Shown: one piece after another, positions 63,012 through 64,000 of the stretch | Position numbering within the stretch: position 1 is the stretch's first letter | How the letters are laid out: each line of letters begins with the position of its first letter | From: Takakia lepidozioides | Lineage: Eukaryota > Plantae > Bryophyta | Direction: 5' to 3' | Assembly: GCA_030704615.1 (NCBI GenBank) | Contig: CM060733.1 | Location: forward strand, 17,484,001-17,548,000 | DNA: 64,000 bases | Program-made: the position numbers and the translations under genes | The notes under the pieces: generated by a model | The model's database searches: none | What the model was told of the DNA's origin: nothing | Seen by the model: the letters and a program-made list of their open reading frames with translations, nothing else

Positions 63012-63436
63012 CGAACACCGCACGGAGTTGGCAAGTGCGAGGTTCAGTATAGCGACAGACCAAGGCTCACAGGCACCATCTAAGTGGATCTGAGGAGTCC
63101 ATCGACGATTGGAAGTCGCACATTGAAGTGGAAAGTATTGTTTCAAGCTACATCCATGAAGGTGGGAGGTTTGATTCCATAGCCAGTAAGTATGACAATG
63201 ATGGCCGATTCGGCGACGAAAAACATCTCCTGACAGTTTCTCCTGAGGGTGGATCCAGCAGTATTCTCGGTGCAGACATGAACGTTCACACTGACAAGTG
63301 CCAGGACTGTTGGTTAAAACGGTCAGACAACCAAGTTGTGCTCATCAAGACTGGCCGCAATGTTGTTTCGGAACAATGCAACCCATTCAGGTTCAAGATT
63401 TCCCGTCCCGAGTGATTCTTTCGATTGCTGGTGAAC

Positions 63437-64000
63437 GGAAATACGGCGCCGCATTTCCGTTTTGTTTCTTGGTCATGCACCAGAGCGACGGAAATGCGGC
63501 ACCGAGTTTCCGTCCGGAGGAAACCTTTATACTCTCCAGAACGGAAATGCGGTAACGCATTTCCATCCAGCAAGCTCGGTATGTGAAGGTGGAACGGAAA
63601 TGCGGTACCGCATTTCCGTTCTGATTGAGAATTATGAACAACAGGAACAGAAATGCGGCACCGCATTTCCGTCCGAGTCGCACTTTTCCGACATTCCAGA
63701 ACGGAAATGCGGCGCCGCATTTCCATTTTGTATCTGATGCATGGAGCTGAGGGATAGAAATGCTGCAGCACATTTCCGTCCTTAAAAGACATTCATACTA
63801 TCCATAACGGAAATGCGGTACCGCATTTCCATCCACCAAGCACGGTATGTGAAGGTGGAACGGAAATGCGGTACCGCATTTCCGTTCTGATTGAGAATTA
63901 TGAACAACGGGAACTGAAATGCGGCACCGCATTTCTGTCGGAGTCGCACTTTCCGACATTCCAGAACGGAAATGCGGCGCCGCATTTCCATTTTGTATCT
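63437..64000. repeat. Family-A central palindrome array (truncated by the window edge)
   Basis: About 11 copies at ~53-bp spacing. Confidence 0.9.

Larger units (their letters stand above)
58563..64000 (-). mobile_element. Family-A copy A3, right half (inverted); continues past the window
   Basis: Right TIR GAGGTTTACTATTTCATGAGC at 58563, preceded by GGAAAATGA (58554-58562), the reverse complement of TSD TCATTTTCC. Confidence 0.92.

Overview
Eukaryotic, land-plant-like DNA (GT-AG introns, an AKR4C-type aldo-keto reductase gene). About 90% of the window is a nest of large Mutator-superfamily (MULE) DNA transposons from at least five lineages, which I label A-E. A composite family-A element of about 15.4 kb can be rebuilt from overlapping copies: left TIR, two divergent paralogous ~190-aa ORFs of unknown family (RWNCCxWT motif), a palindrome array, an intron-containing gene for a ParB/Srx-like domain (DGNHRLLA) fused to a beta-class N6/N4 DNA-methyltransferase-like domain (LDIPDG ... 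VLDLICGTG), a second palindrome array, a GCM-like/DDE/SWIM transposase, and the right TIR. TSDs are 8-9 bp. Each lineage has its own 22-bp palindrome, all built as N7-CG-N4-CG-N7, found in non-coding DNA and mostly spaced at near-integral helical turns. This looks like a transposon-borne ParB/parS-like plus methylase module; the function is inferred, not shown. Inverted TSDs reveal two inversions, one of which splits the host AKR gene. Most gene copies are pseudogenes; the transposase at 3553-7159 and the four family-A ORF-X copies look intact.
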